Source: a virus (lineage: Duplodnaviria; Caudoviricetes). From it: 64,000 bases of DNA. The notes under the pieces were generated by a model. It had not been told where the DNA came from. It saw only the letters and a program-made list of their open reading frames with translations, and did not search any database. A program made the translations under genes and the position numbers. This document shows, one piece after another, positions 8,716 to 16,836 of this stretch. Each line of letters begins with the position of its first letter. The first letter of the stretch is position 1. Where the stretch lies: the IMG/VR virus record IMGVR_UViG_3300031853_000039, positions 178-64,177 of that record; one strand, 5' to 3'.

Positions 8716-8786
8716 AGCGGTATAGCCAAATGGTAAGGCAACGGACTTTGACTTCGTTAGTGGTGGTTCGATTCCACCTACCGCTG
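8716..8786 (+). tRNA. tRNA-Gln (anticodon TTG), CCA not encoded
   Basis: Acceptor AGCGGTA/TACCGCT, D arm GCC..GGC, anticodon stem ACGGA/TTCGT with loop CT-TTG-AC, T arm GGTGG-TTCGATT-CCACC, G73. Confidence 0.92.
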
Positions 8787-8793
8787 GGGCTTT

Positions 8794-8870
8794 CCAGTTA
8801 AGCAAGTTGTCCATTAGCCGGACAGTTCGTTCACAAAGCGATACAGAGTGGGTTGAACGTGAAAAACTGG
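8794..8870 (+). ncRNA. putative structured RNA (three-way junction) between tRNA genes
   Basis: CCAGTT/AACTGG closing stem, TGTCC/GGACA hairpin, CGTTCA/TGAACG hairpin; no ORF. Confidence 0.4.
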
Positions 8871-8897
8871 CGTTATTCATTTGTCGATAAAATGAGT

Positions 8898-8991
8898 GTT
8901 TCAGTGGCGGAATAGGTAGACGCTTTAACTTCGGTTGGCAAGTAGACTGTGTTGTCGAAAGTATGTAGGGTGCAAATCCCTATCTGAAGCA
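8898..8991 (+). ncRNA. tRNA-like element with Leu-type D and T arms and a non-canonical anticodon region
   Basis: GTTTCAG/CTGAAGC acceptor, GCG-GAATAGGTAGA-CGC D arm, TAGGG-TGCAAAT-CCCTA T arm, discriminator A; no clean 7-nt anticodon loop. Confidence 0.6.
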
Positions 8992-9008
8992 TATAAGGAG
9001 GAAGTAAT

Positions 9009-9233
9009 ATGAAAAGAAAAGTATTATTAGAAACATTAAAAGAAGGAGATAAGTTCAAGCTAAACAATACTATATATGAAGTAGTAAAGGAAGCAGGACT
9101 AGATGGTTATTATGAAGGATTATATAAACTATTTACTACAAGAAAGAATGTAGTATTGGCAGTAGAAGCAAAGCGAAAATATAAGTATGATGTATATCAT
9201 TTTGAAATGAATGAGGAGGTAGAGCCGATATAA
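9009..9233 (+). CDS. hypothetical protein
   Basis: RBS aaggagg, ORF track. Confidence 0.65.
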   Translation: MKRKVLLETLKEGDKFKLNNTIYEVVKEAGLDGYYEGLYKLFTTRKNVVLAVEAKRKYKYDVYHFEMNEEVEPI

Positions 9234-9469
9234 TGAGAAAGACATTTGAGTTGAACACACTTGAAGAAATGTGTGATAATAATATACCAAAAGAGTATGA
9301 CCGTTGTTTAAGATGTGGCAGAAAGCTAAAGACTTTTGAGAATAGGGCAAGAGGTTTTGGTAAAGTATGTTGGGAGAAATCAAAGAAAAATGCAAAAAAT
9401 TCAAAAAAACTGTTTACTTTTGGACAAATATGTATTATAATAAATATGGTGTTTAGTATCAAATGTTAG
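9233..9469 (+). CDS. DUF6011-like Zn-finger protein
   Basis: CLRCGRKLK...RGFGKVCW. Confidence 0.7.
   Translation: MRKTFELNTLEEMCDNNIPKEYDRCLRCGRKLKTFENRARGFGKVCWEKSKKNAKNSKKLFTFGQICIIINMVFSIKC
9413..9441 (+). promoter_or_regulatory. sigma-A promoter, class 2 (TTTACT)
   Basis: TTTACT-17-TATAAT; the same type occurs at 16782 and 22757. Confidence 0.7.
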
Positions 9470-9557
9470 TCCCTCTTGCATCAAGGGCATAGGGATAGCG
9501 GCGAATAAGTGCCTAGTATGTAAGAAATAAACCGCCACTCCTTGAAAGGAATATATC

Positions 9558-9809
9558 ATGGAAGAACAACCATTAGCAATGGAATTATTAAGAGAAGTAA
9601 AAGCCAGTGCAAAACGCTGGTTTATTTGCTTTCTAATTATGGTAGCATTAGAGATTGCTACCATTTTTGGTTTTATGTGGTATGTAAGTTTACCTGTAGA
9701 TGCAACAACTACAGAAGAGATACATCAAGAAAATGAAGGTGACAGTAGCTATTTAGTAGGGGGTGATTATAATGGCACGTCAGACAATAAAGAGAACAAC
9801 AACGATTAG
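9558..9809 (+). CDS. single-TM small protein with acidic tail
   Basis: RWFICFLIMVALEIATIFGFMWYV helix. Confidence 0.7.
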   Translation: MEEQPLAMELLREVKASAKRWFICFLIMVALEIATIFGFMWYVSLPVDATTTEEIHQENEGDSSYLVGGDYNGTSDNKENNND

Positions 9810-9855
9810 AAGAAGAGGTGCTAGACGTAAAGGCGGAAGAAGGCGTGGAAGATAA
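9772..9855 (+). CDS. 27-aa Arg-rich (protamine-like) peptide, not in ORF track
   Basis: GGGGGTG RBS, MARQTIKRTTTIRRRGARRKGGRRRGR*, TAATG coupling to 9855. Confidence 0.65.
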   Translation: MARQTIKRTTTIRRRGARRKGGRRRGR

Positions 9856-10187
9856 TGGCAAAGAAATATGGACCACAAATCAAAAAACTTCAAAGAGCAA
9901 TAAATGAAAAATATGGTGAAAAGCTACTTGTAAATAAAACTCAATTTGTTAGTTCTACAAATGATAAGACAATAGAGCTAATCATAATCAAAAAAGCAAT
10001 ATGGGACGATGATAAGCAAAAGTATAAGAATATCGAAGTATTTAGTTCACCATCAGATGTTCAGATAGTTCTTTTCTTACGTGATTATTGGTATGAGCTA
10101 AACGGATGGGAAATACCAACAGATAATGAAGAATGGAATAAGGCAAAAGCATTTTATAATAGCAGAAAACTTGACAAATCAAGTTGA
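9855..10187 (+). CDS. hypothetical protein
   Basis: ORF track, coupled. Confidence 0.7.
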   Translation: MAKKYGPQIKKLQRAINEKYGEKLLVNKTQFVSSTNDKTIELIIIKKAIWDDDKQKYKNIEVFSSPSDVQIVLFLRDYWYELNGWEIPTDNEEWNKAKAFYNSRKLDKSS

Positions 10188-10199
10188 ATATGTTATACT
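10171..10199 (+). promoter_or_regulatory. sigma-A promoter for the tagged-effector/terS operon
   Basis: TTGACA-17-TATACT with TG extension. Confidence 0.75.
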
Positions 10200-10256
10200 A
10201 TGTTTGTGAGAGAGTGTGCAAAATTCTCACAATACATACGAAAGGAGGCGACAGAT

Positions 10257-10508
10257 ATGGCTAATAGACTAACGAAGGAGCAATTAAACTATTACGAGCA
10301 GGGTCTTGATGATGTTAAGTTTAGTGCAGAAGATGACGAGCATGTAGACATTGAAAGACAAGAGCGTATAGGCATTATTGCACAAGATGATGTCTCTAAT
10401 AGACGTAAAAAGCGAAGCGCATCAAGCTTTAATAACAATGCAGAGTACAAGCTTTATCTGTTAAGTGTTTATGAGGCGGCATATAGAGACTATAAGGGAG
10501 TAAAGTAA
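10257..10508 (+). CDS. hypothetical protein (possible partner/antitoxin of the downstream kinase)
   Basis: Start moved to ATG 10257 after AAGGAGG; TAATG-coupled to 10508. Confidence 0.6.
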   Translation: MANRLTKEQLNYYEQGLDDVKFSAEDDEHVDIERQERIGIIAQDDVSNRRKKRSASSFNNNAEYKLYLLSVYEAAYRDYKGVK

Positions 10509-11620
10509 TGGGTGAAATAGTTGGATGGTTTACAGCTCATGGTAAGCATATACCATTAGGAGAAGGTGAATCAAAAGAAGATGCAATCAAAAAAGCGTTT
10601 GGTGATAAAGATAATTCTATCAAACGTAATGAAGCTGAAGCTAAACGACTTAAAGCAAATGATGCGTATCGTGATGCAAAGTTATCAAAAGCAAATATAG
10701 GCATACAAAATGGTAGTTTGACATTTAATGGTAAGTCTATTGATAAACTCAATACATCTGAAGCAGGAGAAAAGAAAACTGATTCACTTGCTGACCATCT
10801 AAAATCTAATGGTGAGTTGTCAGCGGAAAGACTTGAATTGCATAGACAAATAATAGAGAGCTATTTCAAAGGACATCAACCATATGCACCGGGAGAAGAA
10901 AAAGTTGTCATGTTTACAGGAGGTGGTGGTGCAAGTGGTAAAGGAACATTCTCTGGTAATGATAGAGATACAAATGAAAGTAATGTAGGCAAGTTTTATT
11001 CACAAGATAAAAACCCATTAAAGATAGACCCCGATGAGATAAAGAAAAGTCTTGCAAAAGCTGATGGTCATGTAGATAAAGATGGTGAAGGAAAGTTGGA
11101 TAATCGTTTAAGCGGTTATTATCATGAAGAGTCTAGCGCATTAGCAAAACAAATATATTCCACATCATTGCAGAACAATTATCCAACACTATACGATGGA
11201 ACAGCAACAAGTGTACCAAGTACATTATCAAAAATATCATTAGCTGAAAAATATGGCTATAAAACAGAGATGTGTTATATATGCAGTGATTGGAAAACAG
11301 TAAGTCAAAATTCACTTGATAGATATGAGAAGTCAGGTAGATTAGTTCCATTATCACAATTGACAGGCGCACATAGAAAAGTCTATAATGCTATAACACA
11401 GTTACAAGATAAGTTTCATTCATGCAAAGTATATGACAATGCAGGAAGAAACTTGAGATTAGTAGGGCAACAACAAGGAAAGAAACCATTGAAGATTGTA
11501 AACGCAGAATCATGGGAAAGAATCAGTAAATCAGGACAAGAGTTCTTACTTGATAAATATCAAATACAAAAATATACTGATGCCGCTGATAAGATAACAG
11601 CAAAGAGGGGTGACAAGTAA
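10508..11620 (+). CDS. zeta-toxin-family P-loop kinase with N-terminal W-x-T-x-x-G-x-HIP tag
   Basis: VMFTGGGGASGKGT P-loop, KIDPDEIKK, YHEESSALAKQI, TLYDGT, DRYEKSGRLVP. Confidence 0.8.
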   Translation: MGEIVGWFTAHGKHIPLGEGESKEDAIKKAFGDKDNSIKRNEAEAKRLKANDAYRDAKLSKANIGIQNGSLTFNGKSIDKLNTSEAGEKKTDSLADHLKSNGELSAERLELHRQIIESYFKGHQPYAPGEEKVVMFTGGGGASGKGTFSGNDRDTNESNVGKFYSQDKNPLKIDPDEIKKSLAKADGHVDKDGEGKLDNRLSGYYHEESSALAKQIYSTSLQNNYPTLYDGTATSVPSTLSKISLAEKYGYKTEMCYICSDWKTVSQNSLDRYEKSGRLVPLSQLTGAHRKVYNAITQLQDKFHSCKVYDNAGRNLRLVGQQQGKKPLKIVNAESWERISKSGQEFLLDKYQIQKYTDAADKITAKRGDK

Positions 11621-12183
11621 TGGCTACAAAAGAGCCTGAAAGTTGGATAACAGTCAATGGTAGACACATACCAATTGGCGCAGGAGAAAGTAAAGAAGAT
11701 GCAATAAGTAAAGCACTTTCTAAAGATGCAAACACAAAAGAAAAGCAAATAGCACAAAATGAGAAAGAAAAAGAAAGACTAAACGAAACGAATAATACAC
11801 AAATACAAAAGGCAACTGAAAGAACACAAAAAGAACATCAAGATATAGTTAAAGAATTATCTAAAGATAAATATCCTGATTATAATACATATGATATATC
11901 AAACTTAAAAACAGTTGAGTTTGATAATGGTTATCAAGTGACATTTTGTCAGATAGGAGATAACTACACACCAAAAGAGTATGCCGCAAAAGTAAATGAA
12001 TGTTTAGCATTGTCATCAAATGGAAAAACATATGGTGGAAAGTTTGAAGGAACACCAGAAATATCTTTTCATTGCAATAATAGAAAACAAGCAGAAGAGT
12101 ATGCAAGAAAGAACAATCAGATATCAATATGGGATTGGAAAAATCAAGTCGAGATAAAAACAGGCGGAACAGGAAGGAGATGA
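11620..12183 (+). CDS. tagged protein with SAM-lyase-like C-terminal domain
   Basis: Same N-terminal tag as 10508; C-terminal GGKFEGTPEISF...AEEYARKNNQISIW resembles the T3-type SAM lyase G-x-(Y/F)..E-x-S..Q-x-S-I pattern. Confidence 0.5.
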   Translation: MATKEPESWITVNGRHIPIGAGESKEDAISKALSKDANTKEKQIAQNEKEKERLNETNNTQIQKATERTQKEHQDIVKELSKDKYPDYNTYDISNLKTVEFDNGYQVTFCQIGDNYTPKEYAAKVNECLALSSNGKTYGGKFEGTPEISFHCNNRKQAEEYARKNNQISIWDWKNQVEIKTGGTGRR

Positions 12184-12347
12184 TAGATATGGATATATTT
12201 ACTTTTCAAGACAAATACACAACAAAAGAAGCAAAGAAAAAAGCATTATCCACAATGACAGAAAAAGAGGTAAATACAATTATAGAAAGTTGTGGAACAC
12301 CTCAGGGAAAATCATTTATAAAAAAATTGTGGCAGGAGTCAAAATAA
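12180..12347 (+). CDS. hypothetical protein
   Basis: ATGA-coupled start at 12180. Confidence 0.55.
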   Translation: MIDMDIFTFQDKYTTKEAKKKALSTMTEKEVNTIIESCGTPQGKSFIKKLWQESK

Positions 12348-12366
12348 GTAAAGGAGTGAGTATAAC

Positions 12367-12783
12367 ATGGCAAATACAAAATCACAAAAACTCACACCAA
12401 AAGAAAAAGCATTTTGCAGATATTATGTAGAAGATAGCAATAATGGAGCAGAAGCGATACGAAGAGCTGGATATAAATGTACTACAACGGAATCGGCGAG
12501 TGTGACGGCAAATCGTATGCTAAAGAAAGTTAAAATACAGCAAGAAATTGCCAGGCTTTATGAAAAACTCGAAAAACCAAGCATCATGACAGCTCAAGAA
12601 GTAATGGAACACTTCAGCGCAATAGCACGTGGTGAAGAGAAAGACCAATTTGGACTTGATATTGGTGCGAGTGACAGAATCAAAGCTTTGGTGGAGTTGG
12701 CAAAAAGAACAGTAGATATAGAAAATAGAGCGGCAGGAAAAGCAGACGCTCAAGTGGAGATAAAAGTAGATTGGAAACGATAA
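12367..12783 (+). CDS. terS: terminase small subunit
   Basis: LTPKEKAFCRYY..NGAEAIRRAGY..ANRMLKKVKIQQEI..RIKALVELAKR. Confidence 0.9.
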   Translation: MANTKSQKLTPKEKAFCRYYVEDSNNGAEAIRRAGYKCTTTESASVTANRMLKKVKIQQEIARLYEKLEKPSIMTAQEVMEHFSAIARGEEKDQFGLDIGASDRIKALVELAKRTVDIENRAAGKADAQVEIKVDWKR

Positions 12784-12950
12784 AGGTAGATTGCACACAA
12801 TATATAAATCCAATAAGATGTAAAGTGCTAAAAGAAATGTTATGTAAAAAAGGTGAGTGCCCATTTTACCAACAAGGGGCAATAAAGCGAGAAAATATAG
12901 TTATACCAGAATACATACAAAAGAGAGCGTATAGAAAAGGAGGCATATAA
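12771..12950 (+). CDS. 59-aa Cys4 protein (TTG start, not in ORF track)
   Basis: METIKVDCTQYINPIRCKVLKEMLCKKGECPFY...; stop overlaps the ATG at 12950. Confidence 0.5.
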   Translation: METIKVDCTQYINPIRCKVLKEMLCKKGECPFYQQGAIKRENIVIPEYIQKRAYRKGGI

Positions 12951-13732
12951 TGGGAGTTAAAGAAAAGAACATTACAATATGCGGACATGGTAGCGCACAT
13001 CCATCATTGAAAAATCTTGAGTCATACTGCACTCAAAGATATAATCAACTTGCAAAAAATGGTAAGCATAAAGGTATTATAGAAGTGCGTAGATTAAAAG
13101 CATTGACAGACAATAGCAGAAAAAGATTTGTTGATACATATCATACAATTTTAGGAAGAAATATTTATAGTCAAGATAAAAGACAGTATGTATATAGTGC
13201 ATACAAAGATGGTAAATATTACAGTGATTGCAGTAGTAGTGGAATGGCAACATTTAAGAAGATAGGTTATAGTGTACCACTATTAAATACAGCAGGCATA
13301 CATAGCTCAAGCTTATTTGAGACAGTAAAGGTAAAGATTAAAAATGGACATATCACAAACCTTGAAAAGCTCAAGGTAGGTGATTGTCTTTTATTTGTTG
13401 GTAATGACCCTAGTAGACCATTACAAATAGGTCATGTAGAGTATGTATATAAGATAGACAAGAGCAAACCAAAAAAGCACTCAATAGCAATGCCGACATT
13501 GAGAAAAGGCGATAAAGGAAGCGAAGTAAAATTATTACAAAAGAATCTGAATGAGTGTAGATTGTTTGATATACATGGTAAACAAATACCAAAGCTTAAA
13601 GTTGATGGAGTTTTTGGTGTAAATACATTCGAGAAGTTAAGAGCTTTTCAGCGCACATTTACGATTGAAGTGGATGGCATTTATGGAATAGAGTCAGCAA
13701 ATAAAATGTGTGATGTGATAGGAAATAGCTAA
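12950..13732 (+). CDS. endolysin: NlpC/P60-CHAP-like catalytic domain plus PG_binding_1 domain
   Basis: YYSDCSSSG (Cys), GHVEYV (His-Glu); C-terminal PTLRKGDKGSEVKLLQ..VDGVFG..AFQR..VDGIYG. Confidence 0.8.
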   Translation: MGVKEKNITICGHGSAHPSLKNLESYCTQRYNQLAKNGKHKGIIEVRRLKALTDNSRKRFVDTYHTILGRNIYSQDKRQYVYSAYKDGKYYSDCSSSGMATFKKIGYSVPLLNTAGIHSSSLFETVKVKIKNGHITNLEKLKVGDCLLFVGNDPSRPLQIGHVEYVYKIDKSKPKKHSIAMPTLRKGDKGSEVKLLQKNLNECRLFDIHGKQIPKLKVDGVFGVNTFEKLRAFQRTFTIEVDGIYGIESANKMCDVIGNS

Positions 13733-15045
13733 TGAACGGGATAAATATATCAATCAAAGATTGTATAATACCAATGTATGATGATGTATTGCAAGATATA
13801 CTAGAGCATAAACATACACATTATACATTTCCTGGAGGGCGTGGAAGCACAAAGTCATCATTCGTAGGAGGTATAGCAATACCACTACTAATAATGACAA
13901 ATCCAACAGTTCATGCAATATGTTTTAGAAAGATAGCAAATACAATACAAACAAGTATATTTCCACAGGTAGAATGGGGGATATATCAATTAGGTGTAGA
14001 GAGTTTATTCCATATTCCAAAAACATATTCCACACCTATCGTATATAAGCCAACCGGTCAGCAGATAAGATTCATGGGACTAGATGACCCTATGAAAACA
14101 AAGTCTTTGAAGCTACCGTTTGGCTACGTAGGTGTAACATGGTTTGAGGAGTTAGACCAATACGCAGGCGAAAATGAATTGCGTACTGTAACACAGTCAA
14201 CAATGCGTGGTGGAGAAAAGTTTTGGGACTTCAGAACATTTAACCCACCAATTAGTAAGAATAATTGGGCTAATGAATATGTTGAAGATTGTGAGATACA
14301 CAGACAAGACGATACATTAGTGGTACGAAATACCTATTTAGATGTACCAGAGGATTGGCTCGGAGAGCAGTTCATAGAAGAAGCAAATTATCTCAAAGAG
14401 ATAAATGAACGAGCATATATACACGAGTATTTAGGTCAAGCAATAGGTACAGGTGGAGATGTATTTCCAAATGTTGAAGATTTGGATATGAATCAATTAG
14501 TACCACGCTATGATGATTATGGAAATATAATAGCACAAGTACCAATGGTAGAAACATTTGACCACATATACAACGGCATAGATTGGGGATTTGCAGTAGA
14601 CCCATTTAGGTTTGTAAAAACTCACTTTGACAAGAAGCATTTAGACTTATATATATTTGATGAATACGATACACACGGCTCAAGAAATGAAGAAGTATTC
14701 AAGGAGTTGTATGAAGAAAAGAAGCTGATAAAAAAGAGTGATTTGGTAATAGCAGATAGTGCAGAGCCAAAGAGTATAGCAGACTTTAAGGCATATGGAG
14801 CGTTTATACGACCAGCAGACAAAGGACCAGATAGTGTTAGATACGGGATAAAATGGTTGCAGGGATTAAGGCATATTTACATAGACAAAAGACGATGCCC
14901 GTTGACCTATAAAGAGTTTGTGAATTATGAGTTTGAGCAAGACAAAGATGGCAACTTCATAAGTGCATATCCTGACGAAGATAACCATTCTATCGATGCA
15001 GTAAGATATGCCCTAGAAAAGCATGCAAATAGGAAAGGAAATTAA
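13732..15045 (+). CDS. terL: terminase large subunit (PBSX-type)
   Basis: GGRGSTKSS Walker A, WFEELDQ Walker B, FNPP, GIDWGFAVDP, DSAEPKSI, DNHSIDAVRYA. Confidence 0.95.
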   Translation: MNGINISIKDCIIPMYDDVLQDILEHKHTHYTFPGGRGSTKSSFVGGIAIPLLIMTNPTVHAICFRKIANTIQTSIFPQVEWGIYQLGVESLFHIPKTYSTPIVYKPTGQQIRFMGLDDPMKTKSLKLPFGYVGVTWFEELDQYAGENELRTVTQSTMRGGEKFWDFRTFNPPISKNNWANEYVEDCEIHRQDDTLVVRNTYLDVPEDWLGEQFIEEANYLKEINERAYIHEYLGQAIGTGGDVFPNVEDLDMNQLVPRYDDYGNIIAQVPMVETFDHIYNGIDWGFAVDPFRFVKTHFDKKHLDLYIFDEYDTHGSRNEEVFKELYEEKKLIKKSDLVIADSAEPKSIADFKAYGAFIRPADKGPDSVRYGIKWLQGLRHIYIDKRRCPLTYKEFVNYEFEQDKDGNFISAYPDEDNHSIDAVRYALEKHANRKGN

Positions 15046-15057
15046 GGAGTTGATATA

Positions 15058-16752
15058 ATGTCAGCATTTAGTACAATAAGAGATAAACTGAAGGAGATGA
15101 TAGAAAATATGTTTGGCGCAAGAACTATTGAAAGAACATTGAATGTAGCACCATGTATTTCATCACAGATGGAAAGTGCTATAACACTATGGAACTTGAT
15201 GTATAAAAACGAAAGCCCATGGTTACACGAAGCAACAGACTTTGATAGTAGTAGGGTAACATCACTTGGACTTCCTGCTATGATAGCAAGTGAGAAAGCA
15301 AGGACAGCACTACTTGAGTTTGAGATGGAAATAACAACTCCAACAAAAGAAGTGGAAGTAAAAAATCCTGATTATGACCCTGAACCAAAAACAGACTTTT
15401 TTGGTAATGTAATACCTTCATCACAACCAGAGTTTATTACAGAAGATAAGCCAAAGACAAACACAAAAAGAGCAGAGTATCTTGAGGAGCAAAAAGAAAA
15501 GCTCTTGAGGGATTTGCGTAAACAACTTGAGTATGGAATAGCAAAAGGTGGACTTGTAATAAAGCCGTATGTAGTAGTAAAGAAAACAAAAGACGCTAAA
15601 GGCAAAGAAATTGTAGCATATGATATGGAGTTTGACTATATACAAGCTGATTGTTTTTACCCATTAGCATTTAATGCAAGTGGTGAGATAACAGAAGCCG
15701 CATTTTTAGAAACAAAGGTGCAAGGAGATGTGACATATAGAAAACTTGAGTATCACAAGTGGGAGAATAATAGCGTTATTGTAAAGAATAAGGCATTTAA
15801 GTCAACTACTTCAGGAGTTAGTGCAGACTTGAGTGGAGTTGATTTAGGGCAAGAAGTAAACCTTGGAGAAGTACCAGAGTGGAAAGACCTTGCACAAAGT
15901 ACAAAGATAGCACCTATTGAAAAGCCGTTATTCGCTTATTTTAAGATGCCTGAAGCAAATACTATAGATACTATGTCTCCACTCGGTGTAAGCGGTTTTA
16001 GCCGTGCTACAGCATTGATAAAAGATGCAGATATACAATATAGCACATTGCTTTGGGAATACGAGGGTGGACAAATGGCAATAGATATTGACCGTGATGC
16101 GCTTGAGTTCGTAACCAATGAAGGCAGTAAACTGTCAATGCTACAAAATAGACTTTATAGAACAGTCGACCTTGGTGAAAGTGATACATATAACCCATAT
16201 GCACCACAGTTGAGAGATAGTAACTATATCGAAGGCTTAAATACAATTCTAATGCGTATAGAGGACGTATGTTGTATAAGTCGTGGAACGCTTTCAGATG
16301 CTTCAGAAGTAGCAAAGACTGCTACAGAGTTAAAGATACTTAAACAACGCTCATATCAAGCAAATAAAGACATACAATCAACACTAGAAAGAACACTTGA
16401 TGATGTAGTGTTTATAATGAACGCCTATTGTGATTTGTATCAAATAACACCCGATGGAGAATATGATGTAAGTTATCAATGGGATGATTCAATATTAGTT
16501 GATATTGATGAAGAGCTGAATAAGAAAATGTTATTGTTACAAAATGGACTTATGAGCAAGTCAGAAGTAAGACAATGGTATTTTGGAGAAACAGAAAGAC
16601 AGGCTCAAGAAGCATTACTTGCAGTAGATGATGAAAATAAACAACAAATGGAAGATGATTTAGCAATGCAGTCAAATCAATTTAATATGCAACAACAATT
16701 CGGTGGTGGACAACCGAAAAGTAATAACAATAATAATGACAAAAAAAAGTAA
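15058..16752 (+). CDS. portal protein (A118/SPP1-like)
   Basis: Follows terL; PLGVSGFSRA, PQLRDSNY, KTATE, WDDSIL motifs. Confidence 0.88.
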   Translation: MSAFSTIRDKLKEMIENMFGARTIERTLNVAPCISSQMESAITLWNLMYKNESPWLHEATDFDSSRVTSLGLPAMIASEKARTALLEFEMEITTPTKEVEVKNPDYDPEPKTDFFGNVIPSSQPEFITEDKPKTNTKRAEYLEEQKEKLLRDLRKQLEYGIAKGGLVIKPYVVVKKTKDAKGKEIVAYDMEFDYIQADCFYPLAFNASGEITEAAFLETKVQGDVTYRKLEYHKWENNSVIVKNKAFKSTTSGVSADLSGVDLGQEVNLGEVPEWKDLAQSTKIAPIEKPLFAYFKMPEANTIDTMSPLGVSGFSRATALIKDADIQYSTLLWEYEGGQMAIDIDRDALEFVTNEGSKLSMLQNRLYRTVDLGESDTYNPYAPQLRDSNYIEGLNTILMRIEDVCCISRGTLSDASEVAKTATELKILKQRSYQANKDIQSTLERTLDDVVFIMNAYCDLYQITPDGEYDVSYQWDDSILVDIDEELNKKMLLLQNGLMSKSEVRQWYFGETERQAQEALLAVDDENKQQMEDDLAMQSNQFNMQQQFGGGQPKSNNNNNDKKK

Positions 16753-16781
16753 AGAAAACACACAAAAATCGTAGAAAACAC

Positions 16782-16810
16782 TTTACTTTTTGGTAGATAT
16801 GTATTATAAT
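16782..16810 (+). promoter_or_regulatory. sigma-A promoter, class 2, heading the fibre cassette
   Basis: TTTACT-17-TATAAT. Confidence 0.7.
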
Positions 16811-16836
16811 TATAAGTAGTGAGGAGGTGTATTTTT

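Noticed and set aside
8794-8870. Hammerhead ribozyme
   Set aside because: Has a three-stem layout and GAAA but lacks the CUGANGA core
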